From NCBI GenBank assembly GCA_963702845.1, contig OY969763.1, positions 1,184,001-1,248,000 on the forward strand: 64,000 nucleotides of DNA, given 5' to 3'. The position numbers and the translations under genes are program-made. The notes under the pieces were generated by a model. It made no database searches. It was not told the DNA's origin and saw nothing but the letters and a program-made list of their open reading frames with translations. The stretch comes from an uncultured Verrucomicrobiae bacterium. GTDB taxonomy: Bacteria > Verrucomicrobiota > Verrucomicrobiia > Limisphaerales > Palsa-1400. Positions 8,767-18,873 of the stretch are shown here, in pieces. Position 1 is the stretch's first letter. Every line of letters starts with the position of its first letter.

Positions 8767-9431
8767 ATGAGCTTCTTTAACTTCCTCAAATCCTCGGTGA
8801 ATCTTTCACGTTCGCGATGCCGCGTCTCTTCATCCGGCGTGCGCAAGATGGCCGAGGGATGCACCGTTGCCATCACATGGAATCCAGAGTTTGTTTCAAT
8901 TAACTCTCCGTGCCGTTCCGTCACCCTAAAATTACGTCCCAACAACGCCTGCGCCGCCGTTGCTCCGAGACAAACCACTACCTTCGGTTTGAGTAATGCG
9001 ATTTCCGCATCCAACCACGGCCGGCACGCCGCGATCTCTTTCGCATTCGGTGTTTTATGAATGCGTCGCTTCCCCGCCGGTTCCCATTTGAAATGTTTCA
9101 CAGCGTTGGTGACATAACACTCACTGCGCTTGATACCCACTTCTTCCAATGCGAGGTCGAGAAGTTTTCCAGCAGGTCCAACGAACGGATGCCCGGCGAT
9201 GTCTTCCTCATCCCCCGGTTGTTCACCAACAAGGATGATCTTCGCCTTCAACGGCCCTTCTCCAAAAACCGTTTGCGTTGCGCCCTTCCAAAGCGGGCAA
9301 GCCGTGCAACCAAGCGCAGTTTTGCGAAGGTTTTCGTAAGTGGGATTCGCAGGGACCAGTGGCGCGGCAGTTTGCACTGCAGCCTTCTTGCCCGCGCGTT
9401 TTCGAACCGGAGTATCCAACACTTGTGCCAT
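8763..9431 (-). CDS. udgX: UdgX-family uracil-DNA binding protein (family 4 UDG-like, Fe-S)
   Basis: CTACPLW, GEQPG, FVGPAG, TNAVKHFK, diagnostic R-loop KRRIH, HPSAILR. Confidence 0.9.
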   Translation of the reverse strand: MAQVLDTPVRKRAGKKAAVQTAAPLVPANPTYENLRKTALGCTACPLWKGATQTVFGEGPLKAKIILVGEQPGDEEDIAGHPFVGPAGKLLDLALEEVGIKRSECYVTNAVKHFKWEPAGKRRIHKTPNAKEIAACRPWLDAEIALLKPKVVVCLGATAAQALLGRNFRVTERHGELIETNSGFHVMATVHPSAILRTPDEETRHRERERFTEDLRKLKKLI

Positions 9432-9455
9432 GCTCCCAATCTAGCACGAATTCAA

Positions 9456-10385
9456 TCAGCCCCAAACTTCTGCTTGCCGCAGTTGTTTCAACAGCAATTG
9501 CTCCAGCGACGTATCCGAGCTAACACTGAAGAAGCTTGCGCCGCGCGCCTGACAAAACTCGCGCAATCGTTGGCAGTAGTTCTGAACGGTCTGCTGGTAA
9601 TGCTTGAGCCGGTATTTCCCGAACGTCACTTCCTGCATCACGCCCGTTTCCGAATCGACCAGTTTGAGGTCGCCGTAGGTCGATGGATTCAATTCTTCCG
9701 GCGAGAGAATCTGAATCGCGTTGATATGAAAGCCACGTCCGATCAGCGCATTGAGACCGGGCTCGTATCCAGCAGGATCAAGAAAGTCACTCAGCACGAC
9801 CGCTACGCCCGCCTGCCTTGCTGCGAGTGCGCCACGTCGAAGCGACTCATTGAAATCACAAGCCCCGCGAGCGGTGAGCGCGCCGAGATTTTGGAAGAAC
9901 TGCATCGAAGATTTCCGTCCACGCACTGCGCGCAATCCGCCGCGGGCCGCCGCTTCTCCGCTAAGCGCCTGACGGTCGAGATTCGGATTGTTCATATCCA
10001 AATCGGGAAACGGGTAAACAGTGACACGATCAAATCCGCACAGCGCGACGTATCCAACGGCCGCCGCAATCTGGCGAGCAAAATCAAATTTTGGCGGCGT
10101 CCCGAAACTCATCGATTCGCTGGCATCGAGAAAAATGCGGACCGGCAATTCGCGTTCCTCTTCGTAGAGTTTGAGGAACAACTTGTCGAGCCGTCCATAG
10201 AGATTCCAGTCGAGATACCGGAAGTCGTCGCCAGCGACATAGTTGCGGTAGTCGGCGAATTCAACGGATTGCCCGCGCGCTTTGCTGCGGCGTTCACCTT
10301 TGGCCGAACTCTTCGCGCGGCGTGCCGCCAGCAATTGGAATTGTTCCAATCGTCGCAACAGGTCTGGTGTGAGCAAGGCGCTCAT
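9456..10385 (-). CDS. DUF58 domain protein
   Basis: GQSVEFADYRNYVAGDDFRYLDWN, LDASESM, VLSDF; follows moxR. Confidence 0.92.
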   Translation of the reverse strand: MSALLTPDLLRRLEQFQLLAARRAKSSAKGERRSKARGQSVEFADYRNYVAGDDFRYLDWNLYGRLDKLFLKLYEEERELPVRIFLDASESMSFGTPPKFDFARQIAAAVGYVALCGFDRVTVYPFPDLDMNNPNLDRQALSGEAAARGGLRAVRGRKSSMQFFQNLGALTARGACDFNESLRRGALAARQAGVAVVLSDFLDPAGYEPGLNALIGRGFHINAIQILSPEELNPSTYGDLKLVDSETGVMQEVTFGKYRLKHYQQTVQNYCQRLREFCQARGASFFSVSSDTSLEQLLLKQLRQAEVWG

Positions 10386-10391
10386 TCACGA

Positions 10392-11393
10392 TTAGACTTC
10401 AATCGCTGCAACATCGCGCGGGACGTCCTGGAGGATTTGCGTGATGATGTGATCGGTGGTGATGCCTTCGGCTTCGGCTTCGAAATTCAGAATCAAACGA
10501 TGACGCAATGCCGCTGCTGTCACGGCTTCGATGTCTTCGAAGCTGACGTTGAAACGGCCATGGGTGAGGGCGCGGACTTTGCCGGCCAGCATCAAAGTTT
10601 GGCCGCCACGTGGGCTGCTGCCGAAGCGCAGGTATTGGTTCGTGATCGGGACAGCGGTTTCGCTTTTTGGATGGGTCGCGAGGACAAGGCGCACGGCGTA
10701 GTCTTTGACGTGGGATGCGACCGGGACTTGCCGGACGAGCTTTTGAAGTTCGAGAACTTGCTCCTTCGCCAGCACGCGGTTGACTTGCACTTTCTTTCCT
10801 TCGGTCGTGCGGGTGAGGACTTCGGTCAGTTCCGCGCCGGAAGGGTAACCGACAATCAGTTTAAAAAAGAACCGGTCGAGTTGTGCTTCGGGAAGAGGAT
10901 AGGTTCCTTCCTGATCAATCGGATTTTGCGTCGCGAGAACGAAGAAAGGTTCGTCGAGCTTACGAATCTGACCGCCGGCAGTGACGCTCTTTTCCTGCAT
11001 CGCTTCCAACATCGCAGACTGCGTCTTCGGTGTGGCGCGGTTGATTTCGTCGGCGAGCACGAGGTGCGCAAAAATGGGACCGTGTTGAAACTGGAACTCG
11101 CGTTTGCCGCCCGGCGTTTCCATCACGATGTTCGTGCCGAGAATGTCCGCTGGCATCAGGTCCGGCGTGAACTGGATGCGGTTGAAACTCATGTCGAGCA
11201 CTTCGCTCAGCGTACGGACGAGGAGCGTTTTACCGAGTCCGGGCACGCCTTCGAGCAGGACATGGCCACCGCCGAAGACGGCGATGAGGGTGCCTTCAAC
11301 GATCTCGTCGTGGCCAACGATGACTTTGCCGATTTCGGCGCGGAGAGATTCGTAAGCGTTGCGGAATTGTTGGATCTGCTCTTCGGTATTCAT
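10392..11393 (-). CDS. MoxR-family AAA+ ATPase
   Basis: GHVLLEGVPGLGKT, RIQFTPDLMPADI, DEINRATPKTQSA, ATQNP, LPEAQLDRF; AAGGA upstream of ATG 11393. Confidence 0.96.
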   Translation of the reverse strand: MNTEEQIQQFRNAYESLRAEIGKVIVGHDEIVEGTLIAVFGGGHVLLEGVPGLGKTLLVRTLSEVLDMSFNRIQFTPDLMPADILGTNIVMETPGGKREFQFQHGPIFAHLVLADEINRATPKTQSAMLEAMQEKSVTAGGQIRKLDEPFFVLATQNPIDQEGTYPLPEAQLDRFFFKLIVGYPSGAELTEVLTRTTEGKKVQVNRVLAKEQVLELQKLVRQVPVASHVKDYAVRLVLATHPKSETAVPITNQYLRFGSSPRGGQTLMLAGKVRALTHGRFNVSFEDIEAVTAAALRHRLILNFEAEAEGITTDHIITQILQDVPRDVAAIEV

Positions 11394-11410
11394 GACGCCA
11401 TTCCTTTTTA

Positions 11411-11460
11411 ACTGCAATCAGGTGCAATTAGCTGCAAACAGGTGCAATCGACTGCAACTG
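11411..11460. repeat. Five-unit 10-bp-period array, core TGCAA
   Basis: actgcaatca/ggtgcaatta/gctgcaaaca/ggtgcaatcg/actgcaactg. Confidence 0.92.
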
Positions 11461-11538
11461 ACCCCGAATCTAGCGAAAGGGTTATGAAAGGCGAGCAGAA
11501 TGAGGAACGGTGGGGGCACCCTTCCCGGGGTGTAGACC

Positions 11539-11630
11539 CGTTACATCGTTACAACCCTTGTAAACATTGGGGATTTTTGCGTTTTTACCCGTAACATTGG
11601 CCGTTACAAACCCTCTGCGGACCCGTTACA
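11539..11630. repeat. CGTTACA iteron-like cluster around a central core
   Basis: CGTTACA at 11539, 11547, 11602, 11624 and inverted-type CGTAACA at 11590. Confidence 0.8.
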
Positions 11631-11687
11631 AAAGGCGAAGGGGCGAGTGCAGGGACGGCGTTATTTGAGACGAACGTTGGTGGCTGC

Positions 11688-11715
11688 AAACCGCTTGCTC
11701 ACGCGCGCGGCTCGG
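11688..11715 (-). repeat. Solo REP-like unit, same family as 61549-61627
   Basis: Reverse complement ccGAGCCGCGCGCGTGAGCAAGCGGTTT versus GAGCCGCGCGCGTGAGCGAGCGGTTT at 61550. Confidence 0.85.
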
Positions 11716-11720
11716 TTGAA

Positions 11721-12140
11721 TTACCGGGCGCGGACCTGGAGCTGGCGGACTTTGGCGCGGATGCGTTTATAATCGCTATGCTCGCGCAGGTTCTTGAGGT
11801 CAGGGTCTTGCATCATCCACTTGAAATCTCGATAGCCGAGATTGAGGGCAAGTTCCAGCGCTTCGGCAGCGAGGTCGCACTGGTGAGTGAGCGAGTAGCT
11901 GCAGGCGAGATTGTAATGAATCAGCGAATCGTCGGGTTTGATGCGCGAAAGCTTCTCGTCGATGCGAAGACCTTCGTCGTAGCGCCCACGGCGCGTGTAA
12001 TCATCACCGAGGATCTGGAGAGCATCGATATAGCCCGGATACCGGCGGATGACCCCTTCCATAAACTGAATTTCGAAGTCCAAATCGCGCAATTCTTGAC
12101 GGGTCGGCCTCTTGCGCGAGCTGGCGATCTTTTTTGCCAT
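11721..12140 (-). CDS. TPR-containing protein
   Basis: ALQILGDDYTRRGRYDEGL, HYNLACSYSL...A..LELALNLGY...DPDL. Confidence 0.8.
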   Translation of the reverse strand: MAKKIASSRKRPTRQELRDLDFEIQFMEGVIRRYPGYIDALQILGDDYTRRGRYDEGLRIDEKLSRIKPDDSLIHYNLACSYSLTHQCDLAAEALELALNLGYRDFKWMMQDPDLKNLREHSDYKRIRAKVRQLQVRAR

Positions 12141-12264
12141 AGTGAACGCCTGATAGATGCCTCAGGTGAACTTGTAAGTCGATTCTTTTTGGATTAGGGC
12201 CGCGAAATTTTTTTCTAAATTCCTCTTGCGCCCCGATAGGGGACGCACACAGTTTTGCACGCAA

Positions 12265-13272
12265 ATGAACTGCTTTGTCACAGGCGCATCTGGATTCATC
12301 GGCGCGAATCTCGTGCACGAATTAATCGCGCGCGGACATCGCGTCAAAGCGCTTGTTCGCAAAGGCAGCGACACGCGCGCCCTGGGCGAGGTCAATTGCG
12401 AATTTGTGCAGGGCGATGTGCTGGATCGCACTGCTTTGGATGAAGGACTGCGCGGGTGTGATTGGTGTTTTCATGTGGCGGCGAGTTATCACCTTTGGCT
12501 GCGCGATTATGCGCCAATGTATGCGGCGAATGTTGAGGGGACACGAACGGTTCTCGAAACTGCCGCGAAAGCGGGATGCAGTCGGATTGTTTATACGAGC
12601 ACGGTGGGTTGCATTGGTTTGCCGAAAGAGGTGAATGGCAAAGTGACGCCGACGGATGAAGCGACGCCGGTTTCCGGCGCGCAGATGAGCAATCATTACA
12701 AGAAATCGAAATGGGAAGCGGAAGTTGTGGCGCGTGAGCTCGCGACGAAGGGTCTGCCGATTGTCATCGTGAATCCCAGTGCCCCGATTGGACCGCGGGA
12801 TGTGAAGCCGACACCGACGGGGCAGGTGATTGTCGATTTTCTCAATCGTAAGATGCCGGCATATTTGGACACCGGTTTGAATTGGGTGCATGTGCGAGAT
12901 GTGGCGATTGGTCATATTCTTGCCGCGGAGAAAGGCCGTATCGGTGAGCGATATATCCTCGGGAACGCGGAAGGGAATTGGACGATGAAGGAATCTTTGG
13001 ACGAACTTGCGCGTGTAACCGGTTTGCCTGCGCCAAAATTTCAAGTGCCCTATGCGGTTGCGCTTACCGCTGCTTATTTCGACGAAGCAATTTCCAAAAT
13101 TTCCGGCAAGCCGCCGAAAGCGCCTCTCGCCGGTGTGCGAATGGCGAAATACAAAATGTTTTTTAACCCGAGCAAAGCGGTGAAGGAACTCGGGATGCCG
13201 CAAACATCACCGCGCCAGGCGTTCGTCGATGCCATCGAGTGGTTTCGCGCGAATGGGTATGTGAAGAATTAA
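12265..13272 (+). CDS. hpnA: NAD-dependent epimerase/dehydratase, hopanoid-associated HpnA-like
   Basis: VTGASGFIG, FHVAASYHLW, YKKSK, IGPRDVKPTPTG, PAYLDTGLN. Confidence 0.8.
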   Translation: MNCFVTGASGFIGANLVHELIARGHRVKALVRKGSDTRALGEVNCEFVQGDVLDRTALDEGLRGCDWCFHVAASYHLWLRDYAPMYAANVEGTRTVLETAAKAGCSRIVYTSTVGCIGLPKEVNGKVTPTDEATPVSGAQMSNHYKKSKWEAEVVARELATKGLPIVIVNPSAPIGPRDVKPTPTGQVIVDFLNRKMPAYLDTGLNWVHVRDVAIGHILAAEKGRIGERYILGNAEGNWTMKESLDELARVTGLPAPKFQVPYAVALTAAYFDEAISKISGKPPKAPLAGVRMAKYKMFFNPSKAVKELGMPQTSPRQAFVDAIEWFRANGYVKN

Positions 13273-13287
13273 ACGCCGCAAGGGCTA

Positions 13288-14174
13288 CTACTTCAATTCA
13301 GCTTTTATTTCGCGGATCATTTGTTCCAACTGCCGGCCGTATTTGACGTAGCTGTCGTAAACGTGTTTGTCGTCAGCTTTGACGGTGGCGTCGTGGAAAA
13401 CGACGGCGACGTGCGGTTCGATGGAGATACCGGCGTCGTAGCCGCGTGGAAGGCATCTTTTAAAATCTTGCGGACGTGGCCCTGGCCTTCGCCGGGATAG
13501 TTGTAGTCGCAATCGTTTTTCGCGGGGACGTAAGTGGCGTCTTTGACGTGGATATGGGCGACGTGGTCGCGGATGTGTTCCCAGAATTCCCATGCGTCCT
13601 GTCGCGGCCACGGCTTGGACTTCATGCGGTCAGCGTTGAAGACGGGATTACCGGTGTCGAAAACCCATTTCAAGCCGGGGCATTTTTCGAGGAGTTCCAG
13701 GCCGTGTTGCCAGCTCATGCCGCCGTAGTTCATGCAGTTTTCATGCACGGGTTGAAGGTCCGCGTCGGTAAACATTTTCGTGACTTCGCGAATACGATGA
13801 AATACTTCGTCGGGAGTTTTTTCGTCTGTATCGGCCGGCTTGAAACTCATGATGCGAACGTATTTGGTGCCGAGCCGTTGCATGCGCGGGATGCAGCGTT
13901 TGACTTCGCAAACGGTGATGTCGAAAGGGTCCGTGATTTTCTTGGCCCAGTTGGCGATGGCGGAGCCAAAGGCGTAAACGCCGAGACCGCTTTCTTTCAA
14001 CTTGGCTTCAACGACGTCGAACGCTTTGTCGGGGATATCGTGGAGGTTGCCTTTGGGAAAGCCGTCGACTTCGACGACGCGCATCTCAATATATTTCCAG
14101 CCGAGCTCCTTGGTGGCGTTGGTCTGGGCGTCGAGTTTGGCGCCTGCTTCATCTCCGATACCTGTCAAAATCAT
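13288..14174 (-). CDS. Sugar phosphate isomerase/epimerase (xylose isomerase-like TIM barrel), frameshift near 13449
   Basis: TGIGDEAG, HENC, FDTGN, HIHVKDA, then GYDAGISIEPH in the alternate frame. Confidence 0.85.
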
Positions 14175-14187
14175 GGGTCAATTTAGC

Positions 14188-14220
14188 CACAGATGAAACA
14201 CGGATGGAACACAGATTTTC
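14188..14220. repeat. Three 11-bp repeats CAC[A/G]GAT
   Basis: cacagatgaaa/cacggatggaa/cacagattttc. Confidence 0.8.
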
Positions 14221-14223
14221 CGT

Positions 14224-14248
14224 GGCGCGCGCGGAGCGACAGCCCTAC
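14224..14248 (-). repeat. Solo GTAG-type REP; related copy at 24421-24447
   Basis: ggcgcgcgcggagcgacagccctac versus ggcgcgcgacggagcgacccgtcctac. Confidence 0.7.
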
Positions 14249-14527
14249 TTTGAACTCCAACATTCCAGTAGCGGGCCTTCGGCGCCGTAAACGGGATCGA
14301 ATTTCGGGAGGGGAAGCATGGCGATGATGTGCGGATGATTTAGCACTTTGGCGAATGCCTGTGGCAGTTGTAATGCGGTTTTCATACTCCCAAAAATTAA
14401 TTTAGCGCAGAAGCGAGTTGTAATAGTTGGCGCTGCGAAGTGCGTCGGGGGTGTTCCTACGGAAAATAGCAAGAATGGATGAGGCACATGTATTCCAATT
14501 TCGTGTAGCGTTCTATGGGAAAATGCG

Positions 14528-17394
14528 ATGGGCGAATCAGCAGGCAACAACGAACACGAACGGCACGAGAGTTTGTCGAAATACGACATTCTCGATACGC
14601 CGGCTGACCCGGCATTTGATGATTTAGCTTCTTTGGCGGCACAGTTTTGCAACGTGCCCGTATCGCTCATCTCGTTTTTGGATGGCGATCGTGAATGGAT
14701 CAAGTCGGAGGTTGGCACTTCAATCCGCGAGATTCCCCGGAACCATGCGTTTGCCAAGCGCGCCGTTTACTCCAACGATTTTGTCGTTGTATCGGATGCC
14801 GAGGCCGACGAGGAATTGCGAGACAATCCGCTGGTTAAAGATGAACCGCACGCGCGATTTTTTGCGGGTTGGCCTTTGATCAATCCACAGGGCGTGGCGG
14901 TTGGCGCGCTATATGTTATTGACGATCACATCCACCATCTGACCGATCAGCAGACGCAGATTCTGAAGGTGCTTAGCCATGAAGCAGTGATGCTGCTGGA
15001 ATTACGTCGTGAGCTGCATGAGTCACGGGAAAAAAACGAACGCACGCGCGCCGAGTTGGAGGAGATGAGGCTGAAATTGCAGGCACGGTCGGCGGAGCAC
15101 CTTCGCGTTGAAACTGAATTGAAGCGGCGCGAACGACAGTTGTCGGACGCTCAACGAATAGCGCATTTAGGCAGTTGGGAGTGGGATCTTTGCACGAATT
15201 TAGTAACATGGTCGGACGAGCTTTTTCGCATCTACGGTGTGAAACCGAACCAGTTTGAGGCGACGTATGAAGCCTATCTTCGATACGTTCATCCTGACGA
15301 TCGGGTCAAAACGAATCATGCCGTCGAGCAGGCGCTCGTCACCAAGGGCTCTTTTGATACGGAAGAGAGAATTGTTCGAGCGGACGGGACGGTGCGCACT
15401 CTGTCCACATGCGGCGAAGTCATCCGGAACGAAAAGGGTGAACCAGTCCGTATGGTCGGCTGTTGCTACGACATCACGGAACGCAAGCAGATAGAAAACA
15501 AGCTGCAACACTTATTGTCGCTGTTAAACGCAACGATTGAAGCCACTGCCGATGGCATACTGGTCGTGGACATGGATCAAAAGATCGTTCAGTTCAATCG
15601 AAAGTTCGCTGAACTATGGCACTTTCCGAAGGAATTCGCTTCTATTTACGAAGATGGACGGCTGATCAACTTTGCTTCTGATCAACTGAAAGATCCGCTT
15701 GGATTTCGGCAGAAGGTGGAAGCGATGTATAAATCGCCCGAATGCGATAGTTTTGATGTGCTCGAGTTCAAGGATGGCCGGACGTTTGAGAGATATTCGT
15801 GTCCGCAATACCTCGCAGGCAAACCCGTTGGCCGGGTTTGGTCGTTTCGGGATGTAACCGAACGCGAGCGGGCCATTCAAGTGATGCGCCTAAGTGAAGA
15901 GCGATACCGGTCCCTGGTTCTTGCGTCTACCCAAATCGTATGGTCGACGGATGCGGACGGTCAGGTGATGGAAGATAGCCCGTCGTGGCGGGCCTTCACG
16001 GGCCAAACCGTGGCCGAAACAAAAGGGCGCGGGTGGTTGTCAGTTGTGCATCCTCGCGACCGGGCACGCATTGCTGAAATGTGGGAGCACGCGACAAAGA
16101 CTGGGTCGATTTACCAGGTGGAATATCGGATCCGCCGCGCCGATAGTGAGTGGCGATATGTCACCGTGCGTGGCGTTCCCGTTCATGAAAAGGACGGCAA
16201 AATCCGGGAATGGGTCGGTTATTGCATGGACATTACGGACGCCAAGAATGCAAACGATATCATATTGAAAGAACGCGATTTTTCGAATGCGTTGATCAGC
16301 AGTTTGCCGGGAATTTTTTATGTGCTGGACGAGACCGGCCTGAATCTGCGGTCGAACGAAAACCTCGAAAAGGTTACCGGATATTCGTCACTGGAAATCT
16401 CAAGAATGCGGGGGCCCGACTTCGTTGCTGACGACGAGAAGGAGATGCTGGCCGCACGATCCACAAAGTTTTTGAAACCGGTGAAGCGGATGTTGAGTTG
16501 CAATTGTTGACGAAGGCCGGGGAGCGCGTGCCTTTTTATTGCACTGGCCGACTCGTTCATCTGGATGGCCGGCCGCGCCTCGTTGGCGTCGGTATCGATA
16601 TCTCTGAATTAAAGAGAGCAGAGGCGGAAAACAAACGGCTCAATGCCGAGTTGGAACAGCGCGTGCAGGAGCGGACGCTGCAATTGAACGAAGCGAGCAA
16701 GGAAATGGCGACGTTTACCTACACAGCGTCGCACGACCTGCGTTCGCCTGTTCGTGCAATCGTCGGTTTTGCGCGCGCCATTCGCGAAGATTCCGCTCAT
16801 TTGTTGGGCGAAGAAAGCAGGCTTTACCTGGACCGCATCATTCACGCGAGCGACCGCATGATGCAGTTGATTGACGATCTGTTGAAATATTGCCGCGTTG
16901 GGCAACAGGCGGTCCATTTGCGCGCAGTTTCGATCCAGAAGATGATCGAAGAGATTTTTCAGGAGTTTGAACCGCGACTTAAAAGTATTGGAGGAGAAGT
17001 TTTAATCGCAAGCGACCTGCCGCGCGTTCTTGGTGATTCCACTTTATTGCACAAGATTTTCGAAAATTTGATCGAAAACGCCGTCATTTATCGAAAACCA
17101 CAAGAGCCATTGCGAATAGACGTGAACTGGCGAAAAGGAGTCGACGACGTCGTCGTCTTCGTTGCCGATAACGGAATCGGGATCGCTCCGCATCATCACG
17201 AGCGGATTTTTGACGTGTTCCAACGCCTGCACGGAACTGACGATTTTCCAGGGACGGGTATTGGCCTGGCCACAGTCAAACGGTCGATCGAAAAACTTGG
17301 TGGAGAAGTGTGGGTTGAATCAGAGTTGGGTAAGGGAAGCGTATTCTGCGTAAGGCTCAAAACAGTGGACGCCACGGCCAGTAACGGATTGTGA
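14528..17394 (+). CDS. Cytoplasmic GAF + multiple PAS/PAC sensor histidine kinase (frameshift near 16458)
   Basis: GAF (YDILDTP..FDDL..LAA, DNPLV..EPHARFFAG), four PAS/PAC units, HisKA SHDLRSP, HATPase NLIENA/DNGIG/GTGIGL. Confidence 0.92.
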
Positions 17395-17439
17395 TGCTTT
17401 TTCCTGAAGGTTTTTCAAAGGGATGTCGTCAAAAGCGGT

Positions 17440-18717
17440 ATGTTTGACTGTGGACTTCAGAAACGAAATTTCAGGACATTCGGCGCTTTGATTGCAACAA
17501 GTGTATTTCTTGTTGGTGCAATAAATTCCCATGCAGAATTGCCGACGGTGAAGTTTCGTTCAGTTTTCCCGGAGTTAACCCTGGATCGCCCGGTGCGAAT
17601 GGAAGAGGCGAATGATGGGTCGGCGCGTTACTTTGTTGTGGAGCAGAAGGGGCGGATTGTTATTGTGCCAAAAGGGAGCGATTGCAAAGCGACGAAAGAG
17701 TTTTTCAATATCGTCGATCGCAAGCCGCTGGAGTCTAACGAGGAGGGGCTGCTTGGCCTTGCGTTTCATCCGCATTTCCGCACGAACGGATTGATCTATG
17801 TCTACTACAACCAACAGAAACCGCGGCGCAGTATCATCAGTGAGTTCAAGGTTTCAGCCACAGACTCGAACAAGGCTGACGTGGCATCCGAACGAAAGGT
17901 GCTGGAGGTCGAACAACCTTACCCGAATCACAAAGGCGGCACGGTGACGTTTGGCCGCGATGGCTTTCTTTATATTGGTCTCGGCGACGGCGGTTCGATG
18001 AATGATCCGCACAACAACGCACAAAATACCGCGGTGTTGTTGGGAAAAATTTTACGAATCGACGTCGATTCACGGACGAACATTGTTCAAGGCAAACACA
18101 CAAATTCACTTCAGTACGGCATCCCATCCGACAATCCATTTGCGAACCGGCCATACGGCGTGCGCGGTGAGATTTGGGCCTATGGGTTACGGAATCCCTG
18201 GCGGTTCAGTTTTGATCGCGAGACGGGAGAGTTGTGGGTTGGCGATGTCGGGCAGGATTTGTGGGAAGAGGTCGACGTGGTTGTCAAAGGCGGCAACTAC
18301 GGCTGGAATGTGCGTGAGGCGTTTCATCCTTTTAAACCTGAACCCGAAGGCGCGCGTTACAAAGAGCCTGTGATAGAATATCCGCACACCCCAGCGATCC
18401 TGTCACAGTCGAAGTTTCCGAAACATGGGATCGGAACGTCGCTCACCGGCGGGTACGTTTATCGCGGCAAAAAATTCCCTGCGCTTCAAGGCATTTATCT
18501 TTACGCGGATTACACGTTGGGGACGATTTTTGGTTTGCGATGTAAAAACGGCAAGGTGACGGAGTATGGGACCTTATTGTCGCAACCAAAAAACATTGCC
18601 AGTTTCGCAGAGGACCTGGATGGAGAGATTTATGCGCTAGCGTTCGACGGAAAAGTTTATGCGATCGAACCGGACGCGGCTGGGAAATCGGTAGAGTCGA
18701 ACATTCCCAAGGATTGA
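17440..18717 (+). CDS. PQQ-dependent sugar (glucose/sorbosone) dehydrogenase family beta-propeller
   Basis: [48 protein letters not shown]. Confidence 0.9.
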   Translation: MFDCGLQKRNFRTFGALIATSVFLVGAINSHAELPTVKFRSVFPELTLDRPVRMEEANDGSARYFVVEQKGRIVIVPKGSDCKATKEFFNIVDRKPLESNEEGLLGLAFHPHFRTNGLIYVYYNQQKPRRSIISEFKVSATDSNKADVASERKVLEVEQPYPNHKGGTVTFGRDGFLYIGLGDGGSMNDPHNNAQNTAVLLGKILRIDVDSRTNIVQGKHTNSLQYGIPSDNPFANRPYGVRGEIWAYGLRNPWRFSFDRETGELWVGDVGQDLWEEVDVVVKGGNYGWNVREAFHPFKPEPEGARYKEPVIEYPHTPAILSQSKFPKHGIGTSLTGGYVYRGKKFPALQGIYLYADYTLGTIFGLRCKNGKVTEYGTLLSQPKNIASFAEDLDGEIYALAFDGKVYAIEPDAAGKSVESNIPKD

Positions 18718-18719
18718 AG

Positions 18720-18795
18720 TGGTGGGCCCGCCCGGATTTGAACCGGGGACCAAGCGATTATGAGTCGCCTGCTCTAACCGCTGAGCTACGGGCCC
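18720..18795 (-). tRNA. tRNA-Ile2 (CAT, lysidine-modified)
   Basis: GGGCCCGTAGCTCAGCGGTTAGAGCAGGCGACTCATAATCGCTTGGTCCCCGGTTCAAATCCGGGCGGGCCCACCA, 76 nt with encoded CCA; the anticodon arm GCGACTCATAATCGC resembles ileX rather than Met tRNAs. Confidence 0.9.
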
Positions 18796-18873
18796 AATCA
18801 GCTGATGACAGCGCATTAAACAATAGCCAGCACAGGCCGTTTTACAATCTGATACTGGTTTCTGCTATCGACC

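Noticed and set aside
9057..11411. 784-aa plus-strand ORF
   Set aside because: Antisense shadow of the well-supported udgX, DUF58 and moxR genes; no recognisable motifs.
18720..18795. tRNA as integration site of a genomic island
   Set aside because: No integrase, and I saw no duplicate of the tRNA 3' end in the window.
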